From Azolla caroliniana (lineage: Eukaryota > Plantae > Polypodiophyta), in NCBI GenBank assembly GCA_043228905.1, contig JBHGNT010000010.1, forward strand, positions 14,818,001 to 14,882,000: a stretch of DNA of 64,000 nucleotides, written 5' to 3'. A model generated the notes under the pieces. That model was given only the letters and a program-made list of their open reading frames with translations, had not been told where the DNA came from and searched no databases. Within the stretch, counting starts at the first letter, position 1; every line of letters starts with the position of its first letter. Positions 59,524-64,000 of the stretch are shown one piece after another. A program made the position numbers and the translations under genes.

Positions 59524-61228
59524 AGTTGCGATAGAAAATTGCTAGATTTGGTTGAATAAGGTTAAGATAAGAAGAAGAAGTTGGAGAAGAAGAAAAGAGA
59601 TAGATTCGGTTCAAACTGTCGTGACTTGAGAATAGGAGAGAAAAATAAGATGACAGTAGAAGGTAGAGGGAGAGAGAGAGAGACAAAGAACACTAGAAAT
59701 GGAAAGAGAGTTTATATTATAAGAGAGCAAGGATTACAAAGAGTAGGCTAAGGGGCTACAAACTGGTGTTGAACCGAATGAGTTGTGATGAATGAATAGA
59801 CACCTATTTATAGGTCCTTATGGAGTATTCTGGAATGTTCTAGAATATTTTAGATATTTATGATATTTAATATAATCATGGAATATCCTAGAATGTTCTA
59901 GAATACTCTAAATGTCTTGTAAGAACTAATAATACATTTATTATAACTATACATCATATATGTTAGTACAATGGTTAAAGGTCTAACATATAGACCAAGA
60001 CGTCTTGAGCTCGAATCCTTGTAAGGCCAAAATGTATGTCATCATGACAGGAGCCGCTTCGGCGGGTCGGTCTTCATGCGTTCCTTTGATGTAGCTCCAA
60101 TAGCCTTGTCCGACAAGGTATTGGTGCATCTTGTACTCCCAAGATGCGAAGTTGTTTCGATCCAATTTCTCGGTAGGGAGAGCGCTCCCCATTTGAGTAT
60201 TCATTATGTCGATTCTTCTTCTTCTTCTTCTCTCTTCGAATGCGAGCTATGTAGCGAAGCTACAATAGCTATGAGCCGGTTCTTGGTCGTCGGCGTGGAG
60301 CACAACACACGATCACGATGAGGCGAATGGGCTAGATCGTGCTACCAAATCGCTCTGATACCATGTAAAGAATCAAGAGATGGATTCTTGTGAAGCGGAA
60401 GAGATATGAGTTATGTGAGTGTATGAGAGAGAGAGAGAGAGAGAGACAAGAAATACACAAGGTAAAAGTATATTGACAAAGGAGAAAGACTTAACATTAT
60501 ACAAGGTGGGAGGAGGGTGCTTTATGTAGTCACCCTCTCTCTTCATTAACTACAAGCCTCATGGAGCATGGGGAATGTGAAAGCTCATAAGTTATGTGTC
60601 ATAGAATATGATTCTATGACTCATACTAAATGCTAGAATACAAAGTGGTGACATAATGGTGACTCTTGACCGTTGGAGTGTCTATTCACTCTCAAGGTGA
60701 GTTCACACACTAGACCAAGTTCAGCTTGATTCTCAACAGAATTAACAGAAATCAGAAAGTTTGACAAATTTCATTAAGAAAGGAAAAGAAAAATTACAAT
60801 CTATCCCAAGCTTGGGATTGCCAAAGTTTTAGCTTATGGAGGTTGATAGGTTAAGGTTTTTGAAATATGGCTTAGATAAAAAACTAATAATTTAGGAATT
60901 ATCGAGAGATAGCTTAGATAAGAAAAATTAGGGTTTTTGAGAGATATGGCTTCCGTAAGGAAATTAGGGTTTATGGCTTCGATAAGAAAATTAGGGTTTA
61001 TTCCCCCAAAAGATGACGTCGATTGCCTAAGGACCATTAGGATCTATGGATGATTGAGAGATAACTTTTCTCCTCCCTTCTCGCACTTGCATGAGGGAAC
61101 TCCAATTTCCATCTTGAGTTCAATTGCATGCATCCACATGACCTTTACTTTACATAAAGTTTGACTTTAGTTGCATGTGTTCACATAACCTTTACTTTAC
61201 TTTACTTTAGATCGGTCGCATGATCCTA

Positions 61229-61952
61229 TGAAAGGACTACATGCTTCCGAAAGCAACGCTTGGCCACAACCGAGTCTAGGATCAAACATAGAAAAAACGG
61301 GTAATGTACGCACGACACAATAAAGAGAAGAGTACACAGGATGTTTACGTGGAAAACCCAAACACGGGAAAAACCACGGCAGTCCACAGATTGCAAACTA
61401 TCACTATGTTACAATATACAATAGATGAACACAGAGGCAACGACCTCTTGTTCATTGTCTTCGCTACATGCGGCGGTTACAACAAAGACAACGTCCTCTT
61501 CGTCTCTCACTCTCTCTCTCTCTCTCTCTCTGTACACGGTTGCACTCAAATCTTGCACCAACAAGAATGACCACTACTACCCGCTAAGTTTGCCCTAAGT
61601 CATATTTATACTAATATGACTTTTCGGCTATTTACAAATATAGCCCCAATGGACTCTCAGAAACATATTTACGAATATGTCCCTTCATCCGGTGAGCACT
61701 TCTCACCGGGCCTTCACAATCCGGCTCTTGCCGGGCACTCGTCATCCGGTTCTCACCGGGTCTTCATCATCCGGCTCTTGCCGGGCACTCGTCATCCGGT
61801 TCTCACCGGGTCTTCACCATCCGACTCTTGTCGGGCACTCGTCATCTGGTTCTCACCGGGTCTTCCGTTGCCGGGTACTCCACATCCGGTTCTCATTGGG
61901 TCTTCCATTGCCGGGTGCTCCTATCCCATCCGGAGGGATCTGTTTCCTAACA
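61229..61952 (-). mobile_element. Solo LTR, Tork-like copia (724 bp)
   Basis: TG...CA ends with perfect TSD TCCTA (61224-61228/61953-61957). The minus strand starts TGTTAGGAAACAGATCCCTCCGGATGGGA. Internal CCGG-rich tandem repeats. Confidence 0.9.
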
Positions 61953-62109
61953 TCCTATCATCCGTAAAGTTAGGCCCATGCATGATCCGTTCGTCTCGAC
62001 CGTCGCCCGATCCAATCTGTCCGGTTGCATCCGTCTCGACTGTTGCCCTATCCAATCCGTCCGGTTCGGTTCCAATTCTGGTTCCATTGCCGTCCAGTTC
62101 CGGTTCCAA

Positions 62110-62398
62110 TAAGTTTGAAGCGGTATCGCTGGCCAAATTAGGTCGACGCGGGCCCAAGGGAAAAGAAGCGTATAGATGTTTGTGGTGCGATAGCTTCGAG
62201 CACTCGCTAAGGGAGTGCACTGACTTGCAAGACGCGATTCGCAAGAATGTCGTTTATTTGGACGACAACATGATTCATTCGAGCGAGACCCGGAAGCCAC
62301 TACGAGTGAACTTTGGAAGAGGAAGACGCAAGGCATGTGGACGCTATGCATTATGCCTCATCGGTCGGGATACGAGTTAGAAGAGAGAATCTAAAGAC
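62110..62398 (+). pseudogene. Retroelement gag C-terminal fragment with zinc knuckle
   Basis: CLWCDSFEHSLREC (CX2CX4HX4C) followed by LRVNFGRG, frameshifted near 62320. Confidence 0.6.
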
Positions 62399-62399
62399 G

Positions 62400-63320
62400 A
62401 TCGGGCCGGACGGAACCGGAACCAGAACCAGAACCGGACCGGACGGATCGGATGGGCCGGATGCAACCGGACGGATTGAATCGGGCGACGATCGAGACAG
62501 AGAGATCATGCATGGGCTGAACTTTACGGATAATAGGATCATGCGACCGAACTAAAGTAAAGTAAAGTAAAGGTTATGTTAACGCATGCAATTAAAGTCA
62601 AACTTTATGTAAAGTAAAGGTCATGTGGATGCATGCATTTGAACTCAAGATGGAAACTGGAGTTCGTTCATGCAAGTACGAGAAGAGAGGAGAAAAGCTA
62701 TCTCTCGATAATCCATAGATCCTAATGGTCCTTAGGGGGATCGAAGCCATCTTTTGGGGAAAAAACCCTAATTGTCTTATGGAATCCATCTCTCAAGGGA
62801 AGAGGAGAATCCTAATTATCTTATCGAATCCATCTCTCGAGGGAAGAGGAGAATCCTAATTATCTTATTGAATCCATCTCTCAAGGAAGCCAAAAAAAAA
62901 ACCCTAATTATCTTATCGAATCCATCTCTCGAAGGAAGAGGAGAATCCTAATTCTCTTATTGAATCCATCTCTCAAAGAAGCAAAAAACCCTAATTTTCT
63001 TATCGAAGCCAAAAACCCTAAATTTTTTCTTATCGAAACCGAAAAACCAAATTTTTTTATCGAAGCCAAAAACCCAAAACTTTCTTATCGAAGCCGAAAA
63101 CCCTAATTTTCTTATTGAAGCCATATCTCACAAAGCCTAAACTTCTGTAATCCCAATCTTGGGATTGGTTGTAATTTTTCTTTTCCTTCGGTAATGAAAA
63201 ATATCAAAATTTCTGATTTTCATTAATTCTTAATACATAATGCACGAATCTAATATCCTCTGGTCGAAGGCCCAGGGGTCCTGCCTCAAGTTCACGTGTC
63301 TTTGTCGTATTTTCGTGACA
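62400..63320 (-). repeat. Right LTR-like arm (inverted relative to 43940-62105) with expanded AAACCCTAA-containing repeats
   Basis: Ends GTCGTATTTTCGTGACA at 63320. Collinear reverse-complement similarity to the left arm. Confidence 0.75.
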
Positions 63321-64000
63321 ACGTTTTTAAGAACCTGCCGATCCGGAGCTACTCCCTGTCATACTCGTTCTCGTTGAACTCACTGATTGCCGGAGTGCTC
63401 CCCTCCTTTGCCGCTATTCGAGCCGACTCGAAGAAGTCTATGCCGACTTCTTCGTCTTCGGAAACCATGCCGTCCTCGTCGTCGAACCACGCTCTCGAAA
63501 GCATATCGACCATGGCGTTGTTTTTCCCGGAGACGTGCCGTATCTCCGGATTCACGGACTTGATGTACGCGATCCACCTGAGCATAGCTAGGTTCGGAGT
63601 CGTGCATCTGGAAACCATACCTAGGATACGTAGGCAATCTGTTTCGATTATTACCTCCATCCCGATTAGATAGTCTTTGTTAGCCTTGACTGCCGAAACG
63701 ATACCCCAGAGTTCGCGTTTAACTTGGGTGTATCCTCGCTGCCGGCCACTCAATACCTTCGCCCCGAACTGGATGGGGAACCTCGCACTGTTCTCATCCT
63801 CCTGATTGACCACCCATCCGATCTCGGTGGGGCTCAGGTCCATAGTCACATAAACTGGGACCCCCTTTCCATAAACCACTTTCTGGAGGGCCGGTGTTGC
63901 GGCTAGCGCCTCATTTAACCTCCGGACCAACTCTGCGTGCTCCTCGTTCCATTCGAGCTTATGCCCCTTTTGCAGCAACCCATAGAGCGATTCCGTGACG
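63321..64000 (-). pseudogene. Ty3/gypsy pol fragment (RT connection-RNase H), running off the window
   Basis: ORF 63349..63978: YTQVKRELWGIVSAV, IIETDC and IRHVSGKNNAMVDMLSR are gypsy RNase H motifs. Distinct from G0-G2. Confidence 0.8.

Larger units (their letters stand above)
48831..60049 (-). mobile_element. Full-length mutated chromovirus (G2; second Tcn1-like family) hosting an intact copia
   Basis: LTRs 59617-60049 (5', 433 bp) and 48831-49231 (3', 401 bp). TSD GGAGC (48826-48830/60050-60054). PPT 49232-49245. gag 59523-58405, pol 58417-56802 and 51251-49224, with frameshifts and a C-terminal chromodomain. Confidence 0.95.
44038..60738 (-). mobile_element. Full-length but mutated Ty1/copia (family B) hosting a chromovirus in gag
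   Basis: LTRs 60364-60738 (5') and 44038-44428 (3'), ~5 substitutions plus a GA-length difference. TSD GAATT (44033-44037/60739-60743). tRNA-iMet PBS 60352-60363. PPT next to 44429. Confidence 0.95.
43940..62105 (+). mobile_element. Left LTR-like arm of an unclassified gypsy family, split into 43940-44037, 60744-61228 and 61958-~62105 by later insertions
   Basis: Starts TGTCACGAAAATACGAC. After removing the TSD-flanked inserts it is the diverged reverse complement of ~62400-63320. Confidence 0.7.

Noticed and set aside
61616-62380. 254-aa ORF as a novel gene
   Set aside because: It is a chance read-through of an antisense solo LTR, an LTR-like arm and a gag fragment.
43940-63320. Large TIR (Mutator/foldback) DNA transposon or DIRS element
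   Set aside because: No TSD, different host sequences on the two sides, TG-start LTR-type ends, and no transposase or tyrosine recombinase seen.

Overview
Land-plant nuclear DNA, probably from a non-seed plant such as a fern (inferred from the retroelement types). One host gene, a 7-exon PRONE-domain RopGEF (CDS 34007-37364, +, 611 aa), sits in a ~17 kb AT-rich island between two blocks of nested LTR retrotransposons (~1-23.7 kb and ~40.7-64 kb). Two elements look intact and very young, with visually identical LTRs and 5-bp TSDs: a Tcn1/Tf1-sushi-like chromovirus (8100-13839) and a Tork/Tto1-like copia (51252-56796). The right block is a multi-level nest that the TSDs resolve. The most interesting signals are three cis-features shared by divergent chromovirus families here. 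(1) There is no tRNA primer site. The PBS is instead complementary to the predicted 5' end of the element's own transcript, 33 nt after the TATA box, with a compensatory base change between families (Tf1-type self-priming). (2) A G_UUA_AAC slippery site plus a predicted pseudoknot is conserved at the gag-pol junction. (3) An antisense tRNA-type A-box/B-box pair with canonical tRNA spacing lies at the outer U3 edge of the LTRs. Also present are two inverted, truncated LTR-like arms best explained by an inversion breakpoint near 62398, a hAT-like terminus, solo LTRs and several tandem repeats. All comparisons were made by eye and lineage names are provisional.
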